Shown here: positions 13,152 to 24,391 of the stretch, piece after piece
Layout of the letters: every line of letters starts with the position of its first letter
Position numbering within the stretch: position 1 is the stretch's first letter
Assembly: GCA_951406725.2 (NCBI GenBank)
Contig: OX597837.1
Location: forward strand, 22,134,001 to 22,198,000
Direction: 5' to 3'
DNA: 64,000 nt
Origin: Octopus vulgaris
Taxonomy: Eukaryota
Position numbers and translations under genes: made by a program
The notes under the pieces: generated by a model
What the model was told of the DNA's origin: nothing
The model's database searches: none
What the model saw: the letters and a program-made list of their open reading frames with translations, nothing else

Positions 13152-13307
13152 AAGATCTTTAGGTGTCACGCTAGCTATTCTCTCGTGCATTTGCTTAATC
13201 CAGCGCTCGCATTTACCAAACTTGCCTTGTAAGTTTTTGCTTGACTCCAGTACTTGATCAATGCCTGATTTTATTTCATATTGACCAGGACATGGATAGA
13301 CTTTCGG
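13152..13307 (-). CDS. CIMAP2: coding exon 7 (PKVYPCPGQYEIKSGIDQVLESSKNLQGKFGKCERWIKQMHERIASVTPKDL)
   Basis: Acceptor tttttttgtag, donor gtgagt, 156 nt, open in phase 0. Confidence 0.9.
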
Positions 13308-13347
13308 CTACAAAAAAAAATCAAAAATAAATTCAATTAATGTTTAA

Positions 13348-13548
13348 CCCTTTTAGCATTTGGATATTTCTACCAAATGTAATACTTATTTACTTAAATT
13401 GTCTTTAATTAATTATATATATTATCTTCTTATAGCTTTGAAATTTTGATGATGTGATTGTATAGTTTTAGAATGGCATTGTAGGGTTTGAGCATAAAAC
13501 AGGTAGAATATTTGGGCTGAAAATGGCCAAAGTTTAAGTGCTGAAGGT
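13348..13548. mobile_element. piggyBac-like MITE
   Basis: TTAA|CCCTTTTAGCA...TGCTGAAGGT|TTAA. Confidence 0.65.
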
Positions 13549-13592
13549 TTAAATCACCCATGTCTGGTGAAAATATTCTACCCATTTTATAT

Positions 13593-13807
13593 ACTCTTTT
13601 CTTTTACTCATTTACTTGTTTCAGTCATTTGACTGCGGCCATGCTGGAGCACCGCCTTTAGTCGAGCAAATCAACCCCGGGACTTATTCTTTGTAAGCCC
13701 AGTACTTATTCTATCAGTCTCTTTTTACCGAACCGCTAAGTAACGGGGACGTAAATACACCAGCATCGGTTGTCAAGCAATGCTAGGGGGACAAACACAG
13801 ACACACA

Positions 13808-13847
<40 letters not shown>

Positions 13848-14013
13848 TACGACAGGCTTCTTTCAGTTTCCATCTACCAAATCCACTCACAAGGCATTGG
13901 TCGGCCCGGGGCTATAGCAGAAGACACTTGTCCAAGATGCCACGCAGTGGGACTGAACCCAGAACTATGTGGTTGGTTAGCAAGCTACTTACCACACAGC
14001 CTCTCCTGCGCCT
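13593..14013 (-). mobile_element. SINE family A
   Basis: Full-length copy. Confidence 0.9.
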
Positions 14014-14019
14014 ATTATA

Positions 14020-14420
14020 TAATAATAATAATAATGAAATTATTGTATACAGTGCTCAGGTGCACCACAACTTGTCAGAAAGTGCGTATAAAGTATATGC
14101 AGTAATGTACAAATGTCTGGAAAGCAAACAGTGTATGAGTCAGATACATGCTTGTGTGTGTATGGAGGAGGGAAAATCAGGTGCAGTGTTGGCGAATCTC
14201 AGGAAGCATGGAAGTTTTGAAGGATGCAGTGCTCCGACAACTAACAACTGATGCAGGCAGTTTGTTCCATGCTTCAGCAACTCTCAGCGTGAAAAAATGT
14301 TTCCTAAAGTCATGGGAGCTGTGCTGTTTTCTGACTTTGTAAACATGTCCATGGGTGTTAGACAGGTGGAGTTTGAAAAGGTGCTCAGAGTTATTGTTTG
14401 TAAGATGGTTGATAATTTTT
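14020..14420 (-). mobile_element. CR1-like LINE 3' end
   Basis: Reverse complement of the same family. Confidence 0.8.
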
Positions 14421-15290
14421 AAAAAAGCAAAGTCGACTTCAGTGTGATTTGAACCCAGAATATAAGGAAGGATAAAATGTTGCTAAGCATTTTGTCCAGT
14501 GTGTTAACAATTCTGCCAGCTTGCCCCCTGATGATGATGATAATAATGATAATAATAACTGATTGGAAGTGTTATCATGTACATTGTTTTGTCTTGGTAT
14601 AAAAGATGGTCTACAGCAAATATTCTGCTCAATACCACAGATTTGCTTGTCAGTTGTTTGACCTTAACCAATTGAGCATGTCCCTTGGTGGCTGATGATA
14701 TGTGCATCTCTGATCATGAGCAGAAGTAGTGGGGGAGCATCATAGCCATGTGTTGAGAGGGATTCTTTGGGGTTTGAATAATTCACCTCTGGAAACGTGG
14801 GTGTTTTGTTCAATGTTCTTAAACAAACCTTATTCAGGGGCCTTTTGAGCAACATGGGCTACTCACCTTGAAGAAAATTCTAACTGGGCCCCACCTGCAA
14901 AGTCATGCACTGTTTATCTTGATGTGAGATCACCATATTGCATACATATGGTTGTAATGCATGTGTCTGGTCTACCCTTGTCACATGGGTAGTCATGATG
15001 GGTATATTGGGCTTTGCATATTTGTACCCCAGTGTCACTTTGATGGTGTCTGTTGTTCTCTCAATAACAACAACAACAACAACAATAATGGTTTCAAATT
15101 TTGGCACAAGGCCTGAAATTTTGGGGTAGGAGGGATTGTTGATTACCTCAACCCCAGTACTTGATTTTAATGACCCTGAAAGAATGAAAGTCAAAGTCTA
15201 CCTTGGCAGAATTTGAACTCTGAATGTAAAGTCAGAAGAAATATTGCCAAGCATTCTGTCCAATGTGCTAATGATTCTGCCATCTCACCA

Positions 15291-15376
<86 letters not shown>

Positions 15377-15389
15377 TAATAATAATAAT

Positions 15390-16030
15390 ACCTCATAAAA
15401 GGTAATGGATGAAAGCAGGAAGGCAAAGATCCTCAGAGACTTTGACTTCCAGACAGACAAGGTGTTAGAGCATCAAAGGCCTGATATAGTAGCCTTTAGG
15501 AGGGATGAGCATGAGTGCCTAATAATCGACGTGGCACAGCCAGATCAACATATCATGAAAGATAGAGAAAAGGTCGACAAATATGGAGACCTGAAAATTG
15601 AGATTACCAAGATGGGGGCAGCTGCAAGAATTAAACACAAAGGTTGTTCCTGTTGTCATAGGCGGCAAGCTGGCAGAAACGTTAGCACGCCGGGCGAAAT
15701 GCGTAGCCGTATTTCGTCTGCCGTTACGTTCTGAGTTCAAATTCCGCCGAGGTCGACTTTGCCTTTCATCCTTTCGGGGTCGATAAATTAAGTACCAGTT
15801 ACGCACTGGGGTCGATGTAATCGACTTAATCCGTTTGTCTGTCCTTGTTTGTCCCCTCTGTGTTTAGCCCCTTGTGGGTAGTAAAGAAATATGTTGTCAT
15901 TGGAACATTAAGTCACTTTAGAAATACGCTACAATCTTGGGGTGTTGCAAAAAAATGGCTTTACTTGGAACTGCATGCATAGTGTGTAAAGTACGGTCAA
16001 TCCAAGGTCTTTGTTGTGTCTTGACAGACA
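15390..16030 (+). mobile_element. R4/Dong-like non-LTR 3' remnant (restriction-like endonuclease) with a SINE insert at 15661-15890
   Basis: KILRDFDFQTDKVLEHQRPDIV...CLIIDVA and VVPVVIG; adjoins a (TAA)n tract. Confidence 0.75.
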
Positions 16031-16090
16031 GTACAAATCCTATGTACACTTGATATTTTCAGTCTACAACATCAAAATATTGGATACTGT

Positions 16091-17121
16091 TATTTACATT
16101 ATTTACATTCGATGGATATTTGTCCTCATCTTGTTTGTTGTTAACACTTTTCGGCTGATATACCCTCCAGCCTTCTTCAGGTGTCTTGAGTAAATTTCGA
16201 ACCTGGGTTCTCATTCCTAAGATATTTTTCGATGTTATTATTATTATTGTTAGTGTTCCAGTCACTGCTTGGAATCAAACTTGGAATCTTGGGGTTAGTA
16301 ACCCGTGCTCTTAACCACTACGCCATATGCCTGTGGGCATATGGCATAGAGGTTAAGGCCCACAAGCATATGGTGTAGTGGTTAAGGACCATGGGTATAT
16401 GGTGTAGTGGTTAAAGCCCACAGGCATATGGCGTAGTGGTTAAGAGCATGGGCTACTAACCCTAAGATTCCGAGTTCAATTCCAAGCAGTGACCTGAACA
16501 CTTTTACTCTTTTACTTGTTTCAGTTTTTGACTGCAGCCATGCTGGAGCACCGCCTTTAGTCGAGCAAATCGACCCCAGGACTTATTCTTTGTAAGCCCA
16601 GTACTTCTATCGGTCTCTTTTGCCGAACCACTAAGTGATGGGGACGTAAACACACCAGCATCGGTTGTCAAGCAATGCTAGGGGGACAAACACAGACACA
16701 CAAACATATACACACACATACATATATATATACATATATACGACAGGCTTCTTCCAGTTTCCATCTACCAAATCCACTCACAAGACATTGGTCGGCCCGA
16801 AGTTATAGCAGAAGACACTTGCCGAAGATACCACGCAGTGGGACTGAACCCGGAACCATATGGTTGGTAAGCAAGCTACTTACCACACAGCCACTCCTGC
16901 GCCTATAAATAATAATCATAATAATAATAATAATAATAACATCGAAAATACCTTAGGAATGAGAACCCAGGTTTGAAATTTCTCCAAGACACCTAATGAA
17001 GGCTGGAGGGTATATCAGCCGAAACGTTGTGTTAACAACAAACAAGATGAGGACAAATATCTGTTGAATGTAAATAATGTAAATAATGTACATAATTCCT
17101 CATCTCTTAAACATAGAACTG
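16091..17121. mobile_element. composite element: tRNA-like head plus hammerhead-like tail, partly duplicated in inverted orientation, with a nested SINE at 16501-16905
   Basis: 13-bp TSD tattggatactgt (16078-16090 and 17122-17134); A box and B box; HHR-like cores. Confidence 0.7.
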
Positions 17122-17134
17122 TATTGGATACTGT

Positions 17135-17630
17135 GTGATGTTTTCAATAATAAATTGTAGTGAATAAAAGACAAAAGGAAACTAAGGTTATAGATATTGC
17201 CAAAGCCTGATCTGCATGCATAGGTGACAAAGAGCAGAGAAAGGTGGGAAAATATTAAAAGATGAAATTGCAAGAATATGGGCAATGAAGAGAGTAACTG
17301 TTGTCCCAGTGGTTGTAGGGGTCTTGAAGGGGACTAACAACCAAGTTTGAGAAATATATTGGAGGAACAGGAACTGGCATGAGTGTAGAGCTTGCTCAAA
17401 ATACTACTTCATTGGGGACAATGAGGATTTTGAGATTTGTACTTGGGTGCTAAGTATTTTCCATGATGCTTAACATCTAGGTACAAAGTCTTTTAATTCA
17501 CGGAAAGAGATCCTATGATATGAGACCTTGTGAGACCTTTGACAAAAGGTTGCTGTCTGCTCTCACAGAATTAACAGGAGCAAGTAAGATCGAGAGCTCT
17601 GAGAAGTAAAATATAATAATAATAATAAAA
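17135..17630 (+). mobile_element. second R4/Dong-like 3' remnant
   Basis: Degenerate VVPVVVG and LGT.RILR motifs; (TAA)n tail. Confidence 0.55.
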
Positions 17631-17856
17631 ATAATTATCCTTTCTACAAAAGGCACAAGGCCTGACATTTGCGGGGGGGGGGAGGTTAGCTGATTACATC
17701 AACCCCAGTACTCAACTGGTACTTATTTCATCAACCCCCAAATGGATGAAAGGCAAAGTCAGCCTCGGCAGAATTTGAACTCAAAACATAAAGACAGGCG
17801 AAATACCACTAAGCATTTCACCCAGCATGCTAACGATTCTGTTAGGTCACTGCCTT

Positions 17857-17929
<73 letters not shown>

Positions 17930-18273
17930 GAAATTGTAGTTGTGATATCTGTGCTGGTGGCACGTAAAAAGCACCATCCGAACGTGGCCGTTCCCAGCAC
18001 CGCCTTGACTGGCTTTTGTGCCGGTGGCACATAAAAAGCACCCACTACACTCACAGAGTGGTTGGTGTTAGGAAGGGCATCCAGCTGTAGAAACAGTGCC
18101 AGATCAGATTGGAGCCTGGTGCAATCTCCTGGTGTCCTAGACCCCAGTCAAACTGTCCAACCCATGCTAGCATGGAAAATGGACGTTAAACGATGAATAA
18201 TAATAATAATAATAATAATAATGCCGAAAATAGCAACATCAACAACAACTACAATAATGAAAGCAATACTTAC

Positions 18274-18405
18274 TTTGGTTGTCTGGAGGTTCAGAGTTCG
18301 AGGACCAGTGAAGAGCTCATATGGACCACGATTACCAACAACTTTTTGCAAAAGGGAATCAATTCCACTTTTGATTTCATAAGTACCAGGGCCTGGGTTC
18401 CGATT
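18274..18405 (-). CDS. CIMAP2: coding exon 6 (NRNPGPGTYEIKSGIDSLLQKVVGNRGPYELFTGPRTLNLQTTK)
   Basis: Acceptor ctacctccag, donor gtaagt, 132 nt. Matches GPGTY..KS...VG.RGPY..F.G.R. Confidence 0.93.
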
Positions 18406-18639
18406 CTGGAGGTAGAAAAATTAAACAGAAAAGAAGAAAAGACAAGGAAATATTTTATTTTGTGGTAGACAGGTTTGAATTTTATCTTTTTACTTGTTTT
18501 GGTCATCTGTGTTCTATTGCAAACATATGCAAGTCAATGCGCAGAAAGCAAAATAGGAATTTTGAAAGAAGTAGGTATAAAACTAGTTTTTAAACATTGA
18601 ATGGCTATGGGAGTTCACCAAAATAAAATTGTAAACAAA

Positions 18640-19710
18640 GGGGTTCATGCAAGCAAAAGAATAAATTGGGGGTATCTGGTAGTATATTAAGGGTCCATGT
18701 AAAAATGCAAGCAAAAGAATAAACTGGGGGGTCTATGGTAGTATATTAAGGGTCCATGTAAAAATGCAAGCAAAAGAATAAATTGGGGGGGGGGGTCTAT
18801 GGTAGTATATTAAGGGTCCATGTAAAAATGTAAGCAAAATAATAAATTGGGGGGTCTGTGGTAGTATTTTAAGGGTCCATGTAAAAATGCAAGCAAAAGA
18901 ATAAATTGGGGGTCTATGGTAGTATATTAAGGGTTCATGTAAAAATGCAAGCAAAAGAATAAATTGGGGGAGTCTATGGTAGTATATTAAGGGTCCCTGT
19001 AAAAATGCAAGCTAAAAAATAAATAGGGGAACTATGGTAGTATATTTAGGGTCCATGTAAAAATGCAAGCAAAATAATAAATTGGGGGTGATCTGTGGTA
19101 GTATTTTAAGGGTCCATGTAAAAATGTAAGCAAAAGAATAAATTGGGGAACTATGGTAGTATATTAAGGGTCCATGTAAAAATGTAAGCAAAAGAATAAA
19201 TTGGGGGTCAATGGTAGTATTTTAAGGGTCCATGTAAAAATGCAAGCAAAAGAATAAATTGGGGGTCAATGGTAGTATATTAAGGGTCCATGTAAAAATG
19301 CAAGCAAAAGAATAAATTGGGGAACTATGGTAGTATATTAAGGGTCCATGTAAAAATGTAAGCAAAAGAATAAATTGGGGGTCAATGGTAGTATATTTAG
19401 GGTCCATGTAAAAATGCAAGCAAAAGAATAAATTGGGGGTCAATGGTAGTATATTAAGGGTCCATGTAAAAATGCAAGCAAAAGAATAAATTGGGGATCT
19501 ATGGTAGTATATTAAGGGTCCATGTTAAAATGCCAGCAAAAGAATAAATTGGGCGTCTATGGTAGTATATTAAGGGTCCATGTAAACAAAGGGGTCAAAA
19601 CAAAGAATAAATTGGGCGTCTATGGTAGTATATTAAGGGTCCATGTAAAAATGCAAGCAAAAGAATAAATTGGGGGTCTATAGTAGTATATTAAGGGTCC
19701 ATGTAAAAAT
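18640..19710. repeat. ~60-bp minisatellite, about 18 units
   Basis: Unit ggtagtatattaagggtccatgtaaaaatgcaagcaaaagaataaattggggg-tctat. Confidence 0.95.
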
Positions 19711-20754
19711 TTTGCTTTAGATTGGTTTATCGCAAGAAACAGCGCAATGTCTTCCTCTAATGTTTTACATAGTTCAACCTATATTAAATGCATGTTTGAA
19801 AAACAAAATAAGAATTTTGAAAGGAGTATCTACAAAATTAGTCTTGAAACATCGAATGGCTATGGGGATCTACCAAAATAAAAATGGTTGAGGATCCCTG
19901 ATGTAAAAGATAATTAGGTTTCATTTAAGTCAGTGTTACTCAACCTCTTTCTTCCCCCAAGCCCCACAATGAATTTCCAGGAAAATGTATGCCCCAATGT
20001 TAGTTGGAAAAAAACTTTATTTCTAGTATTTCATAATTAAATACTTTTCTTAACTCTTTTGAGACACATGGTGTTTTGGTATGTGTAGCCAAAAAGATCA
20101 AAACTCTTTTCTGTTGAAACTGAAAATGATAGGTGCATGTAGAAAACAAAGGATAAAGTACCTAAAACTACATTATTAGTATGTAAAACTATGTATATTA
20201 GGAAAGCTTGTAAACAGTACAACACTTCTATTACAATAAGAAAACCTAAAACAACACAGTACGTGTAAATAAATAAATAATAAGCATAAATGTTTCTGTG
20301 AAAAAGCACAAAAAAAAATATACTGAAAGGCAATCTCTGATTGGCTATTACTCTTCAAAACCAACCATTCCCAACATTTGTTTCATTGGGCCGATGGATC
20401 AGCCTCAAAGTCTTGTATCAGCTTGTATCACTTGGGCCGATCACTTGGTCTGGGTGTCCCAAGAGGGTTAAAGAAATATCTACACTAAAGCATTAGAATA
20501 GTGCTATACTGTAGCAAACAGCCTTCATACAATTGCTTGGCTTGAGGGATTGGTTTGGCTAGGATGAGTATAGGTATAGTATGTTTGCTGTGGATAAAGA
20601 TCTTCACAATCCCAAGTCCTATTAAAAAAAAAAAGAAACAGAAAGAAAAAGTTTTGGATCCAATGCCCCACCACAATTTTCCTCGGGCTTTCTACAGTGG
20701 GGTGGGGCATTTGCATCACCTGTGGGAATCACTGATCTAGGCAGACAGGTAGTT

Positions 20755-21189
20755 ACTCTTTATTTTTTTACTCCTTTACTTGTTTCAGTCATTTGACTGT
20801 GGCCATGCTGGAGCACCGCCTTTAGTCGAGCAAATCGACCCCCAGGACTTAATCTTTGTAAGCCCAGTACTTATTCTATCGGTCTCTTTTGCTGAACCGC
20901 TAAGTTACGAGGACATAAACACACCAGCATTGGTTGTCAAGCAATGCTAGGGGGACAAACACAGACACACAAACATATACACACACACACACACACACAT
21001 ATATACGTATATACATATATATATACGATGGGCTTCTTTCAGTTTCCGTTTATCAAATCTACTCACATGGCTTTGGTCAGCCCAAGGCTATAGTAGAAGA
21101 CACTTGCCCAAGGTGCCTCGCAGTGGGACTGAAACCAGAACCATGTGGTTCATAAGCAAGCTTCTTACCACACAGCCACTCCTACGCCT
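20755..21189 (-). mobile_element. SINE family A
   Basis: Full-length copy. Confidence 0.9.
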
Positions 21190-21240
21190 AGTAGTGTAGG
21201 AAGTGGGGAATAGTGGAGTACAGGAAGAAAGTATGTTTGT

Positions 21241-21994
21241 ATTGGGTTGTCCGGAAAGTTCGTGCCAATTTATAGTAGCTTACCGTTCGACTTATTTTAG
21301 AACATGGTTAAATCCATAAAATAGGATTTGACTACACCTCCATTTAGAGCACAGTTTAAGCTATCTTTTCATGAAAGAAGGTTCATGTTCCTATAACCTG
21401 TGTTAATTCTGTAACCCTTTAAAATGGAAGATAAGAAAGTTCATTTTCAGCACTTGATGCTTTGGGAACAAGACAAAAATTGCTGCAGCTCAGCTGGGAT
21501 GTGTTACCCTACCTTCCATATTCACCAGATATTGCTCATTCAGATTTCCACTTATTCAGGTCTCTGCAGAATAGTCTTCATGGTAAAAATTTCAATTCCT
21601 TAGATGACATAAAAAGATACTTTGATGAATTCTTTTCCATGAAACCACCTCAATTCTGGGAAGGAAAGATGGAGATGCATTGTGCAACAAAATGGTTCAT
21701 ATTTCATCATCATCATCATCATTTAGCGTCCGCTTTCCATGCTAGCATGGGTTGGACGGGTCAACTGGGGTCTGTGAAGCTGGAAGGCTTCGTCAGGCCC
21801 AGTCAGATCTGGCAGTGTTTCTACGGCTGGATGCCCTTCCTAACGCCAACCACTCCGCGAGTGTAGTGGGTGTTTTTTACGTGCCACCTGCACAGGTGCC
21901 AGACAGAGCTGGCGAATTAAAAATGTAATGGCAAGTATTTATTGACCTTTTTCTTTCCTTTAAAAACCAGCACGAACTTTCCAGACAACCCAAT
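21241..21994 (+). mobile_element. mariner deletion derivative
   Basis: TIR attgggttgtccggaaagttcgtgc; WDVLPYLPYSPDIAHSDFHLFRSLQNSL. Confidence 0.85.
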
Positions 21995-22545
21995 TGGATC
22001 AAGGTTAATAGAAAAGCATTGTGAAGGCGTGGAAATTTTGTCATTGCTTAAGCTTTGGTCAAACATAGAAATAGAAGTGTAAACAGACATGTCATATTTA
22101 GATTATGGCATAACTAGTCATACAAGTTTGGTTTTTGTTGTATATTTGGCTTCCCAAAATCTTTCTTGATAATGCAATAATACAGTAAGATCACAAAGCA
22201 TAGGTATCTATCTATCTGTTTATCTACAGACAAACCTAATCTGTTTTCCCTTTTTACATTGACATTTCTGTGACACACGATCCCTATTGATCGGCCCCAC
22301 TTTTTTTTTTCTTTTCACGACCCCTTTTGATCGGAATTCAACCCTTTTTTTCCTTCTCTTCTTCCCAAAAAGAAAACCTTTACTTTGTATTTTGTCCCTT
22401 CTGTGTTCAGCTCTGCGTGGCCAATAAAGTAATCTATCTAATAAAATTATTTATTACAACCCAATTGTAAGTGTATATACTTACAGTTTTAATTCTTTGC
22501 ACCTTTTATTTAAAAATTTTAAATTAACCATAGAAAGCGCATATA

Positions 22546-22972
22546 GGCGCAGGAGTGGCTGTGTGGTAAGTAGCTTGCTAACCAACCACATGGTTCCGGG
22601 TTCAGTCCCACTGCGTGGCATCTTGGGCAAGTGTCTTCTGCTATAGCCCCGGGCCGACCAATGCCTTGTGAGTGGATTTGGTAGACGGAAACTGAAAGAA
22701 GCCTGTCGTATATATGTATATATATATATATATGTGTGTGTGTGCATATGTTTGTGTGTCTGTGTTTGTCTCCCTAGCATTGCTTGACAACCGATGCTGG
22801 TGTGTTTACGTCCCCGTCACTTAGCGGTTCGGCAAAAGAGACCGATAGAATAAGTACTGGGCTTACAAAGAATAAGTTCCGGGGTCGATTTGCTCGACTA
22901 AAGGCGGTGCTCCAGCATGGCCGCAGTCAAATGACTGAAACAAGTAAAAGAGTAAAGAGTAAAAGAGAGAGT
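22546..22972 (+). mobile_element. SINE family A with an 81-bp flanking duplication
   Basis: Near-consensus copy; direct repeats at 22458-22538 and 22973-23053. Confidence 0.9.
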
Positions 22973-23160
22973 AACCCAATTGTAAGTGTATATACTTACA
23001 GTTTTAATTCTTTGCACCTTTTATTTAAAAATTTTAAATTAACCATAGAAAGCAAGCAGTTTTCTTTGCCATTTTTTCCCCTATACATAAATGTACAGTA
23101 TGCTAGCTATTTCTCAATAATATTTTGATATATATTCTTTATGTAGCATTTAGATTTGTT

Positions 23161-23571
23161 ACTCTTTTACTCTTTTACTTATTTCAGTCATTTGACTGTG
23201 GCCATGTTGGAGCACCACCTTTAGTTGAGCAAATCGACCCCAGGACTTATTCTTTGTAAGCCTAGTACTTATTCTATCGTTCTCTTTTGCTGAACTGCTA
23301 AGTTACGGGGACGTAAACACACCAGCATCAATTGTCAAACGATGTTGGAGGGACAAGCACAGACACACAAACATATACACACACGTACATATATATATAG
23401 ATATATACGATGGGCTTCTTTCAGTTTCCGTCTACCAAATCCACTCACAAGGCTTTGGTTGGCCCGAGGCTATAGTAGAAGACACTAGCCCAAAGTGCCA
23501 TGCAGTGGGATTGAACTCAGAACCATGTGGTTGGTAAGCAAGCTTCTTACCATACAGCCACTCCTGCGCCT
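23161..23571 (-). mobile_element. SINE family A; further copies near 9603, 16501, 24203, 26598, 34445, 42698, 54290, 58422, 59326, 60165 and 61485
   Basis: Same head, body and tail. Confidence 0.85.
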
Positions 23572-23589
23572 ATGTTGTTAACTATTAAG

Positions 23590-24360
23590 TAAATTTTTAT
23601 CTGAGGTTAATTGAATTGAATCATTTTCTTTCGCTCTTGCATTGCTGGATTTCTTTGAAGTTGATTGTGGAGTTCCTTTGTCATTGAGCTGCTTTTTTCC
23701 TGTTTCAAGTAATTTTAATTTTGATAATTATGATTTTCCTACTCTTAACTCAAAAGCCAAATCCAAAAGCAAGTCAGAAGGCAAAAGCCCTTGCACTTAC
23801 AGAAATATTTCCAAAAGAATTTGTATCAACTCACAATAACCAGTTACACTGCAGTCTATGCCACATTGATGTCAAATGTGATAAAAGGTATTGAGTTACA
23901 GAGAATAAGCAAAAAATATTAAAACTATCAAAAAAAAAAAAAAAAAGAACAGCTACCTATCAGATCGTTGAATTTACTGAAAATGATAAATCTTAAAGTG
24001 TTTCTTGAAGCTGACATTTCTTTGCACAAGCTCACTAATCTAAGTTCAAGAAGTCTCTTTGATTCTATTCATAATCCATTGCCATTTCAATCTATGTACC
24101 AAAAATAGGTTGATATGCTTAGTGCAAATACGGTTGAAAATTGCAAGAGCTGTCTAACAAATGAAAATGATATTTTCAATTGTTGATGGCAAAAAAATTG
24201 TGGGTGTGTGGTAAGTAGCTTGCTTACCAACCACATGGTTCCAGGTTCAGTCCCACTTTGTGGCACCTTGGGCAAGTGTCTTCTACTATAGCCTGGGACC
24301 GACAAAGCCTTGTGAGTGGATTTGGTAGACAAAAACTGAAAGAAGCCCATCGTATATATG

Positions 24361-24391
<31 letters not shown>

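Noticed and set aside
16424-16497. tRNA-Ser(ACT) gene
   Set aside because: No good acceptor stem or variable arm; it is the head of a repeated element.
18640-19710. CRISPR-like regular array
   Set aside because: Units are contiguous with no unique spacers, there are no cas genes, the context is eukaryotic and the unit derives from a MITE.
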